Below are positions 1-13,719 of a stretch of 64,000 bases of DNA, in pieces. Origin of the DNA: Octopus vulgaris (Eukaryota). How positions within the stretch are numbered: position 1 is the first letter of the stretch; every line of letters begins with the position of its first letter. The notes beneath the pieces are model-generated. The model was not told the origin of the DNA. It saw only the letters and a list, made by a program, of their open reading frames with translations, and made no database searches. Where the stretch lies: the NCBI GenBank assembly GCA_951406725.2, contig OX597814.1, forward strand, positions 43,090,001 to 43,154,000, in the 5' to 3' direction. The position numbers were made by a program, and so were the translations under genes.

Positions 1-83
1 CATTTACCTACCAAGCTACTTATCTATCCATTTATCTAACTAACTAAATAATTATATATTTCCCCATCTTAATCTCTCACTGT

Positions 84-154
84 TTCTCTCTCTCTCTCTT
101 TGCACACCCACACACGCACACACATACACACACACACATACACACACAGATATA

Positions 155-190
<36 letters not shown>

Positions 191-240
191 AATGTATGTG
201 TGTGCGTGTGTACATATTGATGTATATATGAATATATATT
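84..240. repeat. Compound microsatellite (CT)n/(CA)n/(TA)n
   Basis: Directly visible dinucleotide tracts; representative of dozens of similar tracts across the window. Confidence 0.95.
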
Positions 241-1499
241 CATTTACAGGCAAGAATCTCTATGAGAATGTATGTAAGCTCACAGACACATGCGTACATA
301 CAAATACACATGCATATGTATGTGTGTACGAATATACTTCTAATTATATCGCGAAGTAAACATATTCTGCGGCAATGTTTAATTAAGACGACTACATTAC
401 AAAGATATAGCAGCTGTGATAAAAGTGGAGGAGAATCAATAAATACTCAACGTTTTATGTATTGTTTCTTTAGTGGCATTCTTTTCGAGCCTTTTCGATT
501 TTCCTTGTAAAGCAATTCAGTCTTGCATTGGTAATGGCTTCTTTGGCTGTATTAATCGAACTAGCCTGGCCTACCATAATATATAGCGCTGTGCGTAGTT
601 CTTGTAATCGTCGTGAAGAATGTGAATATCATCAGCATCGTCATAATTGCTATCAACTCCTCCTACGGTTTTCTTATTTGCCATCGCAGCAAGTTTAATT
701 CTCGCGGAAGCTTCATTAATATCGTCATATATTCACAATGAGCCTTACAAGTATACAGTGTGTTATCTTACTCCATACGCTTTGCAAATACTGCTGGATA
801 AACTAACCGTATCTATCACCATCTCAAACTCCATCAGGCCATTTAACGTTTAACAACTATTCAATATAGGTGTTTATGGAAAATATGAATCTCATATGAT
901 TTGCTTGCAGCTGTGTACAATATACATACAGGCACCAATAATATCATCATTGCTATCATTATGATTGTGATGCCATCCATGGCATAGTTATTATTTAAAC
1001 CATTATCATCATGAAGAAACGAATGCGAATATTTCATTTGTTGGTTGGTATCATCATCTGTAACATCATTAGTAGCAGTAGTAATATCAACAACACATTG
1101 GATTATTATCATTACTCTCTTTGTCGTCAGCATTTTAATCAGTTTATTCACATATCTTTAATAATACCTTCTGAAAACATCTGTATCAATATCTGATTGT
1201 CTGTACACACTTGGAAATTAATTTATTAATAAATTTATATCCTATCGCACTGTCTCCTAATTTTAGTAATTACTGAGATTTAACTGTCACCTTCAGATTC
1301 TCTGACGATCTCTAATACCTCAGGGTTAAATTATACAACAGGAAGGAATGAATATTGAAACTCGTTGTGGAAGCCTAATAGTAAGTTATAGAGTAACTAT
1401 AATTGTGCATAAACATGCAAGAACATGTGCGTATCTAGTTTCAAATTTCACGTGGTGGCATTAGAATCACACGTGACATGATATTTATATACAAGCACA

Positions 1500-1720
1500 T
1501 ACAAATATATATACATACATATATACATACCTATATATATTCTGGACATATACATGTATGCATATATATTTATGTATATATATGTATGTATACATGTATA
1601 TATATATATATATGTGTGTGTGTAATTGATTGTATGTATGTGTGCATGTATGTGTGTATGTATGTATGCATGTATGTATGTATGTATGTATGTATGTATG
1701 TATGTATGTATGTATGTATG

Positions 1721-1751
<31 letters not shown>

Positions 1752-1802
1752 GTATACATGTACATTTGTATATCTCCTTAATATATATATATATATATAT
1801 AT
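1500..1802. repeat. (TATG)n/(TA)n microsatellite
   Basis: Long TATG tetranucleotide array 1632-1750; source of the spurious YIHT/CMYV ORFs. Confidence 0.95.
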
Positions 1803-2985
1803 CAGTATTATTGTTAAGCTGAAACTGTTGCTAATGTAAATAGTAATGGAAGTGTGAAAATATATTTTTTCTTTTTTGAGAGAGCAACGCTTTGGCATTA
1901 CAGCTCTTTTCCATAATATCAATGGTGCGTATGTTTGTGCGTGTTTATGGGGGCATATATGTAACATACATAGTATATGTATATTCGCTAAAAGTGGCAT
2001 TCCTATATTTCTGATTAAACAAATATAACATAGGCACTCAAATCTTCAGCGAAAAAAAATAATAGATGTATCTGCTCGTCACTGACCCATTCTTTAACAT
2101 CATTTTTCGACATCATATGTTTAAAGATAAATGCATTTCGTTTTTCATAGTATTATTATCTATTTTGTACAAGACATATGGTATGCAACATGTTTACTGT
2201 AATTCATTCCGCTTTTTACTAAAAGAATCATTCTAGGTTCTATATTATCTATAATCTCATGAAAGATGGAGATTGAGAGATCTTTCTAAGGACATTTTTC
2301 GAGTACAGTTTTGTTTGTTTCGCATGGATATCAAAATATTTCTTTTTCAATTATGATATAACTTCGTGCAGTGACCATATATTTTTTTATGTGTGTCATC
2401 ACTTTGTCACAAAGGAAAACATCAATTTCCTTCTGTACGACATGTGTTTTCTGTCTCCATAGTCCTATATAAATCCATTCACAATAAGCATTTGCGTGGT
2501 ACGACTCTCGATGCGATGCAGTTCTCTCATGTGTAAAAATTGAATAATTCAATATATCTTTAATAGTTTTGATTCGACATTTACAAGAAATAATTTTACA
2601 TATAATACGCGTGTATTTTTGAGAAAATACATGTAACTATAAACGAACTTTAAAGGAATGAGGGTGAAGATAATATATACATACGCAATTTTGATCTCTT
2701 GAATTTTAAAATTATTTAGTGAAATTTTTAAGCTAGCACTGTTGGAAAAATTATAATACTTCTAAAATATCTAACTTGAGAGATGAACTGTAAAAAAAAA
2801 ACGTCATTATTTTCATGGAAATATTCAGGAGACACATTTCTAAACGGAGATATGTGTATGTCCCAAGACAACTGATAAAGATCAAAACAGTGAAATACAA
2901 ATTGCAAGATGAAATGAGGTGTAACTGTCAAGAGGAATTTTTAAACGTTGCCAAATGCGGAAGAGACGCCAAATATTGCTACACA

Positions 2986-3044
<59 letters not shown>

Positions 3045-3753
3045 AGTAATAAAAGAACGTATTTTTTTTTACGTTTCGTTTTCAACTATACTACATTCAA
3101 AAAGCTTTTTCCGTACAATCGATACTTAGTTATAAACTATTTCTAATGGGCACCACTGTGTATTTGTGGCTGCCTACATGTGTATAGTGTATGTGATCTG
3201 CACTGCGCTCCCTGGATGGGCATTTACGGAATTATATAGAGGAGTATATAAATTCACCAAACTTTAGTGAATTTCTGTCTCTTAATATCAAGAAATGCAT
3301 GAACCTTAAACTACTAACATTTCTGTACTTTATAGCTATTACACATATTTATGTGTTTCAGTGTGTAACTGTGTGTGTGCGAGTATATGTGCGTTTTTGT
3401 GTCGACAAATCTTTCTTAAATACTATGGAAAAAGCGATAAACGCAATGTCTTTTCCTTTCCTGATCTAAATTTTTACATATTATGCGCTCAAAATAATAA
3501 TTTTCATATGTTTGGATATTTGTGTTTTTGCGTGTGTGTATGCTCTTCTGTGTCTCTAGTTCTCCCTCCCCCACCTCTCTATCTCTCTCTCCCTCTCTCT
3601 CTCTCTCTGCAAACTAGACTTCGTTAGCATTTCATTATCAATTTCCTTATGAAGTTACCAAATTAAATTATATTTGACAGTGTAATTCAAATGTTTCTGT
3701 TTGCACATTTAGATGATACCTTATGACAAAACCATTGGTCTCACCCATACTAA

Positions 3754-3822
<69 letters not shown>

Positions 3823-3969
3823 GGTTAAGTAATTGAGATTCTAGTGAATTCTAAAGAATTCACATGAATATGGTCCTTAACTAGGATGCACCGGATATCT
3901 ATATGGTGTTAACCATACGACAAGTGGGGTGATTATAAATAGGAAAAAAGCAACAAGAATGGATTAAAA

Positions 3970-4057
3970 TCTCGGTACGATCGTTTCGTACGAGGACATC
4001 TTTAATAAGCTACAAAAAATGCAGTGAATACAGATGGCTCGTACTCGTCAGCCGAAA
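3970..4057 (-). ncRNA. Type I hammerhead ribozyme, PLE 3' terminal repeat copy
   Basis: Reverse complement reads UUUCGG-CUGACGA-GUACGAG..CUCGUAC-GAAAC-GAUC-GUA-CCGAGA: intact core, stems I and II pair, palindromic stem III ACGAUCGU. Confidence 0.85.
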
Positions 4058-4129
4058 AAATATCAAAGAATTCCCAAACATCAAAAGGGTTTAGATACAA
4101 AAGAGGTTGTAAGATTAACTGCATTGAAG

Positions 4130-4585
4130 AAAGTCCGATTCATGGAGATCCGATGAAAGGTTTTAAACCTATAGAATTTATGCATGTCTACATATAGCTC
4201 ATATTGAATATTTGATCAAGTTGTATAAAGAAATTTTCGGATACAGTCATGCAAAATTTCTGAAAATCCGAGTAAGAGGCAAAGTGACTGCTACATCATG
4301 TAGAGGAAAGTCTGAGTAAAAACATAGTGACTGTCATATCATGTAGAGGAACAGATTGTTATTGAAAATTACAAGAATCGCAGATAAGTTCGATTTTTTG
4401 GAGATCCGATGAAAAAGTCTTGAACTTACAAAATTTGTGTATGTCCTTATAGTTCGTAATCAAGTTTTGTGGAGAGATTTAGGGTACAATCATGCGAAAA
4501 TATCAGGGAGTCCGAATGAGAAGCAAAAATGACAGTCTTATATTGTAGTGGTTCAGGTTGTTAATGAAATTTTCAAGAATCACAG
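4130..4585. repeat. Diverged tandem duplication of about 200-250 bp in the PLE 3' region
   Basis: aagtccgattcatggagatccgatgaaagg.. (4132) recurs as aagttcgattttttggagatccgatgaaaaag.. (4386) with colinear downstream similarity. Confidence 0.75.
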
Positions 4586-4801
4586 AAAGAGGAGGAAGGG
4601 AGTAGGAAGCTATTTAAGCTATCAAAGAGAAAGGAAAAGGGAAGCTAAGGGGAGGGGCACAATTTGATACTAACAAAAAGTCTAAGTTTGTTTGGAACAA
4701 ATTCGAACTGAGGTCAACAATTTATTTCTTTATTTATAAATGTTACTATTAATAGATTGTCAGGTTACAAAGAGGTCATTAGAAAGGAAAGAAAAATGGG
4801 G

Positions 4802-4920
4802 TTGTTTTTAAATGAAATTAAACTATTATATTATTATTATACTAAACTATAATACATACATAATGTTTTTAAATGAAATTAAACAATTATATTATTATTA
4901 TACTAAACTATAATACACTA
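4802..4920. repeat. Two-copy tandem repeat of about 60 bp
   Basis: tgtttttaaatgaaattaaac(t/a)attatattattattatactaaactataatac occurs twice in tandem. Confidence 0.85.
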
Positions 4921-5324
4921 CACTATATTATATTATATTATTTTGATATATTATATCACATCACAATACACTACGATAGGTCTGGTATTAGCAGAATTAA
5001 TTTTTAAAAGTTTAAAAGAAATTAAGAGAATTAACTAACTAATATTTGTAATGGGATAAAAAATAGACTAAGAAATGGAGATAAAAATAGAGCAAAATTT
5101 AATTTATTAATAATATGGTCCAATAGAAATAAATCAAATAATTTAAGTCAATAAGTATTAAATAGTACCATCAGAGAGAGAATAAATTATAATCATAGCT
5201 AGTTAGAACTTATCTTTCCAGTTAAATATATAATATACTATGTAGGAGTGATATGTAAGTCAAAATGAATTTTATGTAAAATGATTCCAGTATACAGTTA
5301 TCAATTGATATATGATTTAAAATA

Positions 5325-7212
5325 TTATTTAAAATATTTAAGAGTCTTAAACCGAGCATGTATTCTAGAATTTCCAAGTTCAATTCTGCTGTTTAATTGA
5401 ATTTCTCCATTATTTTTATACATTAGTATTTCAAATGCTTCCATGGAGCAAAGTTGGCAGCCTACTCTGCCATTTTTATAGGGTTTTGCTCTTCTGACTA
5501 ATTCCCAATTAATGTTATATTTGATATTATTGATTTTTAGTTCCCAAATTTTACTAGAAAGAGTAGTGCTATCAGCCTTATGACGTAATTTAAAAGATGA
5601 GAGATGGTTATTCAATCTCTGTTTAAAATTTACAGTGCATCCAACATAAGAGAACTTATTATTATCTGTGGTTACGGAGCACTTATAGATTATGTTAATT
5701 AACCCGGATAAATCAGGGGCCGGGCATTTTGATTTAATTCTGCAGTTACATCTAGGGGCATTATAATTAGAGGTGGAATACCTTGAGGATAGAAGTCTTA
5801 TATTACTGTTGCTCGAAGCAGAGCGGGTAAATTTATCATGATTTTGATTATTGTTACTCTCTAAAAAAACTCTATCATTATTGTAGTTAATATTATTATC
5901 TAAACAGTATTATCATTTATAGGTATTCCTACATTTTCATTTGGTTCTAAAGCCATACTTTCATTATTATTATTATTATTGGTGCTGCTATCTAAAATAA
6001 TGTTATCATTATTGCAGTTGATGTTATCTTCTAAAGTAGTATTATCATTTGTCGGTATTCCTACACTATCGTTTGGTTCTATAACTCTACTATCATTGCT
6101 GATATTGTTGATGCTATTAGTATTGTTGTCGATATTGTTATCCAGATATGTAGTGTTGTTGCTGATAATGTTGTTACTCTCATTCACTGTACTTACATTC
6201 ATGGTATTATTCCTATTACTAACATAATCATTCCTATTTATGTTATTATTGTTATTAACAATTCCATGGCTTTTGGTTATATTTATTTTATGACATTCAT
6301 TATTGTTATTATTATTATTATTATTGTTGCAATTATTACTTTTCGTACTGTTATTACAATTTTCCGTTGTATTTTTATTTTTATTTATTAAATTATTTCT
6401 GGCTAGTTTTATGCTATTATTATTGATCTTAGCTATTAAAGTGGACATATTTGGGAGAGTTGAATAAGAAATTCTGACTGTTTTTTTAGAAATAATTTTA
6501 TGATATCTATGAGAGGATGGGAAATTATTTTCTAGAATTGTTTTGAATCTACCCTGAATATCTGATGAAACCGCACAGTTAAAAGGGATGTTTAGCCATA
6601 TTATGTCTTTCTTATTACATTTCTTAGAATTAGAGTTAGGGCTGCTAGAATTTTTCCCACTAGAGTTAGGGTTATTAGATTCTTTGTATTTATTAATGTT
6701 CATGTTAGCATGTTTGCTAGTTTTATCCAAGTTCATTTTACCCTTATTATAAGTATTCTCTGTTATGTTTTTATTAATATTCTTAATATCATTAGGGTAC
6801 TTTGCCGTTGTAAATCTATTTCTACTATCCTTTCTGGTATGGTCATTGTTGTTGTCTATGTTACTAATAGTGTGTTTCTTAATTTTAATTTTATTTAAGG
6901 TTGCCTTATCAGGGCTATCTGTGTTCTGGTCTATGTATTTATCCTTATACTTATCATTACGATTAGATGTTGTATTAGATCTACATCTATGTATCTTTTC
7001 GACTTGATCATTTTTGTTATTTATGTGGTTATTGATGTTTAATTTACTTAAATTATTATGATGAGTTCCTAGTTTTTCCGTATCTTCAAAAGTAATTTTC
7101 TGGTTATATCCTGCTCTAGATAACGCCTCATTGTAATGTCCTGAGTGTGAGTTAAATATATTAAAATTAGATGATAATTTGGATATTCTTATGGAAATAT
7201 TTCTAACTAAGG
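5325..7212 (-). pseudogene. PLE polyprotein C-terminal half (RT thumb, Asn-rich linker, GIY-YIG endonuclease), frameshifted
   Basis: Manual translation gives SLVRNISIRISKLSSNFNIFNSHSGHYNEALSRAGY (about 7210-7105); ORF 5900-6736 has IIWLNIPFN...TVRISYSTLPNM; then CNCRIKSKCP...IIYKC...YVGCT..FKQRLNNH in frame with ORF 5325-5615 (LSSKIWELK, INWELV, CQLC, LNSRIE). The two ORFs are in different frames. Confidence 0.85.
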
Positions 7213-7279
7213 AATGCAGTTAATCTTACAACCTCTTTTGTATCTACCCCTTTTGATGTTTGGGAATTCTTTGATAATT

Positions 7280-7367
7280 TTTCGGCTGACGAGTACGAGC
7301 CATCTGTATTCACTGCATTTTTTGTAGCTTATTAAAGATGTCCTCGTACGAAACGATCGTACCGAGA
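7280..7367 (+). ncRNA. Type I hammerhead ribozyme, inverted repeat copy
   Basis: CTGACGA 7286-7292; stem II GTACGAG 7293-7299 / CTCGTAC 7343-7349, extended by CATCT/AGATG; GAAA 7350-7353; GTA cleavage triplet 7359-7361; stem I TTTCGG/CCGAGA. Confidence 0.85.
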
Positions 7368-7416
7368 TTTTAATCCATTCTTGTTGCTTTTTTCCTATAT
7401 ATATATATATATATAT

Positions 7417-7620
7417 GCCGGGAGAAATGCGTAGCCGTATTTCGTCTGCCGTTACGCTCTGAGTTCAAATCCCGCCGAGGTCGACTTTGCTTTTCACACT
7501 TTCGAGGTCTATGAATTAAGTACCAGTTACGCACTGGGGTGGAGGTAATCGACTTAATCCCTTTGTCTGTCCTTGTTTGTCCCTTCTATGTTTAGTTCCT
7601 TGTGGGCAATAAAGAAATAA
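7417..7620 (+). mobile_element. SINE (family A), 5'-truncated
   Basis: B-box-like GAGTTCAAATCC at about 7461; homologous copies at 19750 and 24155. Confidence 0.75.
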
Positions 7621-7664
7621 TATATAGATATATACATATATTTATGCACACAAATATGCTGCTG

Positions 7665-7970
7665 AGATGAGACACCCTTCGGTCATGACTGACCATGTTA
7701 TTGCACCTACATAGTTACCCTCCCAGGTACAAGTCCGGGCAAGGTTGTTTAAGGAAGACCAGCAGTCACCCATTCATACCGGCCTCCCCTCTCCACGCCA
7801 CCAGTGTAATCCAAGGGAAAGGCAAATGCCGCAACAGCTTGGCACCTGCCACGTCGCAACGCATTTCTATAGCTGCTCAAGATCACAACACGCAGCCCGG
7901 CCCGGAATTCGAACTCACAACCTCACGATCGTAAGCTTGACGTTCTAACCACTAATCCATGTGCCTTCAC
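7665..7970 (-). mobile_element. tRNA-derived SINE
   Basis: Reverse complement head: TGGATTAGTGGTTAG (A box) ... GAGTTCGAATTCC (B box), followed by a non-tRNA body. Confidence 0.8.
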
Positions 7971-7972
7971 AA

Positions 7973-8030
<58 letters not shown>

Positions 8031-8199
8031 GCGATTGCATATATACTTCATATATATATATATATATATATTTATGTATATATACCATTGCATGTATATA
8101 TATATATATGTATATACATGCAACACATATATACATGAATATACAGATATATATATTAATATATATAAATATACATATACATATATGCACATAGATGTA

Positions 8200-8249
<50 letters not shown>

Positions 8250-8683
8250 AGTTTATGCGTGCACATATGGATGTGTGTGCGTATGGGTGTGTGGTCATAT
8301 ATACATAGATGGATACGTACGTAAACACATACACACAGGCATACATACATACATATACATTTGCATGAATATTGGGAAAACAATTAAATAAATAAATATA
8401 TATAGATAAATAGATAACTTCAGGTATACAACAAGTGTGAGTGATCACTGCAAAAGAATGGTATATAAAAATTCCAAGATGTCACACTAGAGATAATTCT
8501 ATAGAAAATATTTTTAATCTGTAGCTGCCAGAAATACGAAGGTATAGATGCATCTCGAGAAACACAAAGTATATGACAAAATAAGAATAGGTTGCCATAA
8601 GACGAACGGCAATGTAGAAAATAAAGTTAAATTTAAAAGATATCATAATATAAATCTTGAAAGAAAACGAACACAGAAGCCAA

Positions 8684-8738
<55 letters not shown>

Positions 8739-8857
8739 CGTTTGAGATTTTCAACGGCGTTCTACATTCTCAATATAAAATTCAAATATTTTTAAATAAA
8801 GTTAATAAGATAAATATAAATGTTAGCAATTTTCTATTTTTGTAATTCTTAGATATT

Positions 8858-8933
8858 GCCGCTCATCACCATTTTCTCTTATCCTTCATACTTTTGTCTC
8901 TTTCATAAAAATACACTCCAAAATCCAAAATAA

Positions 8934-8972
<39 letters not shown>

Positions 8973-8973
8973 C

Positions 8974-9027
<54 letters not shown>

Positions 9028-9082
9028 CTGCTAGCGTGTGGTATTTCCGAGTGTTCATTTATGTATGTATACATAAGCTAGG

Positions 9083-9118
<36 letters not shown>

Positions 9119-9280
9119 CACGTACATGCATACATCCTTACATGCATGCAAAATACATACATACGTTCATACATACATATATACAAACATACATACATAT
9201 ATATGCCGCTCATCACCATTGTGGCTTATCCTTCATACTTTTGTGTCTTTCATAAAAAGACTCTTCAAAATCCAAAAGAA

Positions 9281-9331
<51 letters not shown>

Positions 9332-9470
9332 TGTGTGTGTGTGTGTGTGTGAGTGTGTGTGAGTGTGTGTGCAAGCGTGTGGTATTTCTAAATGTCCATT
9401 CGTGTATGTATACATAATCTAGGTATAAATATATATATATATGTACGATACCTGCATGCATGCATGCATA
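8858..9470. repeat. Local tandem duplication (unit about 345 bp) including its microsatellites
   Basis: gccgctcatcaccatt..cttatccttcatacttttgt..ccaaaa at 8858 and 9205; gcgtgtggtatttc..catAAxctaggtata in both units. Confidence 0.85.
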
Positions 9471-9696
9471 TATCATAGTCGCTCCTGTCAATGTCAATAT
9501 ATGTTTATTAGAGAGAGAGAATTAAAAAAAAAAGATAAGAGCTTTAGAATTAAAAAAACAATAGGAGCTGCAATCTAGTTCCGGTGCATGCGTAAATATA
9601 ATTGGAGTCCAGTGAATACAATACACTATAAAGTCACAATGCGGACACAAATGAATCTTTATTCAGCCTGGGATTGAGCAAATGAGTATTTTGATT

Positions 9697-9858
9697 GCAG
9701 AAGTGGCAGTGTGGTAAGAAGCTTTCTTCCAAACTAAATGGTTCTGGGTTGAGTCCCACTGCATGGAACCTTGGGCAAGTGCACCCTAAGATAGTCTCGG
9801 GCCCACCAAAGGTTTGTGAATGGATTTTCTGGGTGGAAACTGAAAGAAGCCGTCGTAA
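9697..9858 (+). mobile_element. tRNA-derived SINE (family B)
   Basis: GTGGCAGTGTGGTAAG A-box-like and GGTTGAGTCCC B-box-like motifs; related copy at 52675-52805. Confidence 0.65.
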
Positions 9859-9920
9859 ATATGTGTGTGTGTGTATATATATGTGTGTATGTGCAGCTTT
9901 GCATTTCTTATCACATTCTG

Positions 9921-9967
<47 letters not shown>

Positions 9968-10021
9968 TATATACATATATATATATAGGTATGTATATAT
10001 ATGTATATATATATATATGTA

Positions 10022-10052
<31 letters not shown>

Positions 10053-10445
10053 GATATATATGATATATATGTTATATATATGTATGTATATGTATATATA
10101 CCCGAGAAAAAGCAATAAATTGGAAACACGATGGGGAGAGTAAGGTACTCGAATACTAGACAATTGCTCTACGAACGGAATCGTGAAACTCTCAGTAGCA
10201 GTTTTTGTTATAGATTTGTTATGTCTTTGCAGCTTGAATAGTAAATTCTGTGTATATATGCAAATATGAAGAGAACTGACTTTTCTGATAATTTTTGTTC
10301 TTTAATCATTAGATCTAATTATTAAAGAGGAAAATAATTAGAAAATCAATTTCCATTCCTTTTTTCAAATATATAGTAATGTACCAAGGATATTGTATTT
10401 CGTAATCTACTATAAACTCACACACACATACACACTCACATACAC

Positions 10446-10524
<79 letters not shown>

Positions 10525-11354
10525 GCATGTATACATATCTTGTCGAAAATGAACATCGAAGTATCCATGATTGCTTATACCAATGTGAAGTATGAGTGTC
10601 ACTCCAGGAACTTCACTCTTTCTCGCTCTGGCTACGATTTTCCTTTTGGGATACACTCTTCGACTTTTGTTGTGTTTACATTCACTTATATATAAAAAGG
10701 TTCTCTCCAACTAACAACAAAATTTATATATTCAACATAATAATGTAAACTGACGATAAATGCGTACGTCACATTTATTCATTTCTAGTTTCCTCTTCCA
10801 TTTCATGTGTGATGTATGTGTGTGTGTGTGTGTGCACGTCATTATCATCATCATTGTCGTCGTTTGTCATCCGCTTTCCAAGACGGCTGGCTTATAGGGT
10901 TTGACTCAGGGCTGGCAAGCCAGAAGGCTAGCCCAGGCTCCAATTTTATCTGGCAAAGTTTCTGGAGCTGTATATATCTCTATGCGTATATATTTTTTTT
11001 ACATGTAAATGAAACAAAAATATATATATACAGGATGTCCCAAAAGTAACTGATGGGTTTCGATTTTTAATAACTTCCTTAACTGTGCAAATAAATGCGT
11101 AGAATCTTTATACCATATAAACAATATAATGGAAATTAATACACATCCGTCAAATTTTGTTATGTATAAATTTTACAAATTGTACAAATTTTAGTTCTGT
11201 ACAAAACGTTCCCTCACTTTAAATTACGCCAAATTTAAATTTAAAATATGAATAAGAACATCCAGCGTCCACACGTTGTTGGAATATCATCATTGTGTTT
11301 AATTTTCAATTTCATAGCAGGCGAAAAGAAAAAAAGACTGGAAAAGAAAGAATA

Positions 11355-11570
11355 TATATCCAGCTTTGCTAATTGAGATTTTGTCCAATCTACAAAAACA
11401 ACTGAGTATCTACATACTGATACTGCCCAAATATTTACAGCCTTCACTAGATTCGGACCATTTAGATTTGACCTCATTAGCTTCCTCACCTTTGCTCAAC
11501 GTTCACTTCTCGTTTTCATTTCTATATTTAGTACTGTCAGATTTTAACAAGCCTAGATATTTATAAATCT
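11355..11570 (-). mobile_element. R4/Dong-like RT thumb fragment
   Basis: YKYLG..; RKLMRSNLNGPNLVKAVNIWAVSVCRYS..VDWTKSQLAKLD is homologous to the start of ORF 48489-49793. Confidence 0.75.
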
Positions 11571-11583
11571 TTCTTTCTTTTTA

Positions 11584-11630
11584 TTTCTTCTTCTTCTTCT
11601 TCTTCTTCTTCTTCTTCTTCTTCTTCTTCT

Positions 11631-11677
<47 letters not shown>

Positions 11678-11706
11678 TTCTTCTTCTTCGTCTTATTATT
11701 ATTTTT

Positions 11707-11743
<37 letters not shown>

Positions 11744-11807
11744 GTAGTAGTAATAGTAGTAGTAATAATAATAAAAAATAATAGTAGTAGTAGTAGTAGT
11801 AGTAGTA

Positions 11808-11855
<48 letters not shown>
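11584..11855. repeat. (TTC)n + (TAA/TAG)n compound microsatellite
   Basis: Directly visible; separates two Dong-like fragments. Confidence 0.95.
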
Positions 11856-13625
11856 TTGGAGTATTTTTTTAAAGTTCTATGAGGATATTGCTAGCCTCTG
11901 ACTCTGCCACTCACTGCGGTTTGTTCTCATACCACATCTTGCTTCTCTCCAGTTTCGAATGTAGCACTTTTGCTACCTATTCGTATCGCCACAACTTTTA
12001 GAAGTTTTCAGCATTCGTTCGTGATATGGGCAATGATTTTTACCCACTCTAATGCAGATGCAGCACACCGGAGACACTTGATCATTCCTAAGGTTGACCC
12101 TCAAATTCGTGACTAAATCTTGGTCTTACGCCGCCAGTGTAATGCTCTCGCTGTCTTTTTTAAGGTTCCTTTCATTAGCCAATCCCACCTATTTTTTCCA
12201 GCAACTTCTGATGTGGCTTCTTGGAATTAATTGTGTAGTCCCTTCATCATGTCCTGTTTGTACTTCTTCCTTTGTTATCCCTGTTTTTCTGCTCTCCATA
12301 CACCCCGTTCCTAACTTTCACTAGCAAGGTTTCCTTACTTTGGGTTTGGTATCTCATGTTCTCGAGTTCGATATGCACAGTCTCACGTACTTATCAACCC
12401 CTCTGTCATATCTTTTCTTCATGTATAGGCGGTCAATGTCTGCACGTGAATGATGGACTCCATGCATCGTTAGGAACTTTCTTGACTTCCTGTCCATCTC
12501 CATTAGCTCCTCTCCTGTCCACTTCAGGATTCAAGTACCCTACCGAATTACTGTGACTCCGAGCAAGTGTATTGCCGAAGTTATATTTCTGGCATTTAGC
12601 TTTGAAGTAAATACTTTTCTCACTCGGCGCAGTTACTCTCTTTTGTCTTTTCCTTCATTTCGTGGTGCTTTCCCAGTTATTTCCAGGTATTTATTTAGGT
12701 TGAATTCCCTTAATCATTTCGCCATTTGGTAGTCATATGCCTTCTGTTCAGTCAAGCTTTCTTCGTCCCATCATCATCGTAGAATATTTTGAGAGTCCAA
12801 ACTACAGCCTAATATCAATGGGGAAAATCCGTACACACTGTACTAAACTGTCCATTTCTGCCTCCGTTTGTGTGAATGGCTTCAGTTTGTCCATGATTTG
12901 TAAGTGGTTTAGTCTTTCCTTACCTCTTCCCAGATCATACCACAACTTTATTTTCTCCATAGTATTTCACTCAATGGGATCATTCCCAGCACAAATATCA
13001 GTGGGGATATACTGACCTCCTGGAAAATTCGAATATTGATTTTCACCTAACCTAGTCCTTGCTTCCCCCCTCTTTCAATACCGTTTTCCAGCATTTCATG
13101 CTATTCCATATATGGCGTCTTATATTCTCTCCTATTCCATACATTTCCATTGGTCTTATTATCAAGGTCTGAGGTATCATATCGTATGCTTTGCGATAGT
13201 CAACTCATGCCATGCTCACGTTTGTATGTTTTCCCTTGCATTTCCTGATAAGTATATTATGAATTAAGAGCTGATCCTTCCTTCCCTGGCTCCTTTTCCG
13301 GCACCCTTTCTATTTAATGGGAAACAGCCCTCCTTTTTCCAAGTATATATACGGTTCACCGGCAAAAACACCTGACATTGGTTTCCACTTTAGCGGAAGG
13401 CATGTTATTGGTATAAAGTTGTCTGCAACATTTTCGTTTTCAGGATCTTTGGCACATAACAATGTTTTTCCCTTTGCCATCAAGCTAGATACTACGCCTT
13501 CTTGTAAGCACGCAATTCAGATTTAGTGCTATACTTACATGGACCCCTTCACCTTCTTCCAATAACATTGGAACCCATCCGGTCCGGGGCATTTCTAATT
13601 TGGCAATTTTCTTAACTGTATTTTT
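11856..13625 (-). mobile_element. Degraded R4/Dong-like non-LTR retrotransposon (RT to zinc knuckle/RLE)
   Basis: Broken minus-strand motifs: NWKCPGPDG-like at about 13600, NFIPITCLP, YRKAYDMIP-like, NHL..MD.LK-like, ESITLAA.DQ, CCICIR CCHC remnant, WYENKP; many stops and frameshifts. Confidence 0.75.
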
Positions 13626-13719
13626 TTTTGCATTCGCAGCTCAGGTATAAGAGTTCAGGACTCAGTATAAGTGACAACAGAAAAATGAATGGCGGCAGTG
13701 AAAAAGTAGTGTAAAGGGT

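Larger units (their letters stand above)
3821..7397 (-). mobile_element. 5'-truncated Penelope-like retroelement (PLE) with an inverted partial terminal repeat, flanked by (TA)n
   Basis: Minus-strand RT-thumb and GIY-YIG coding remnants; about 3940-4125 is repeated inverted at about 7213-7397; (TA)n tracts on both sides; hammerhead motif in both repeat copies. Confidence 0.88.

Noticed and set aside
560-1196. Protein-like short frames (YDDINEASARIKLAAM..; ORF 861-1151)
   Set aside because: Cryptic (CAT/GAT)n low complexity with no recognisable domain or clear splice context
11031-11240. TA|CAGGATGTCCCAAAAGTAAC Tc1-like terminal repeat start
   Set aside because: No matching second TIR or transposase was found; too weak to call
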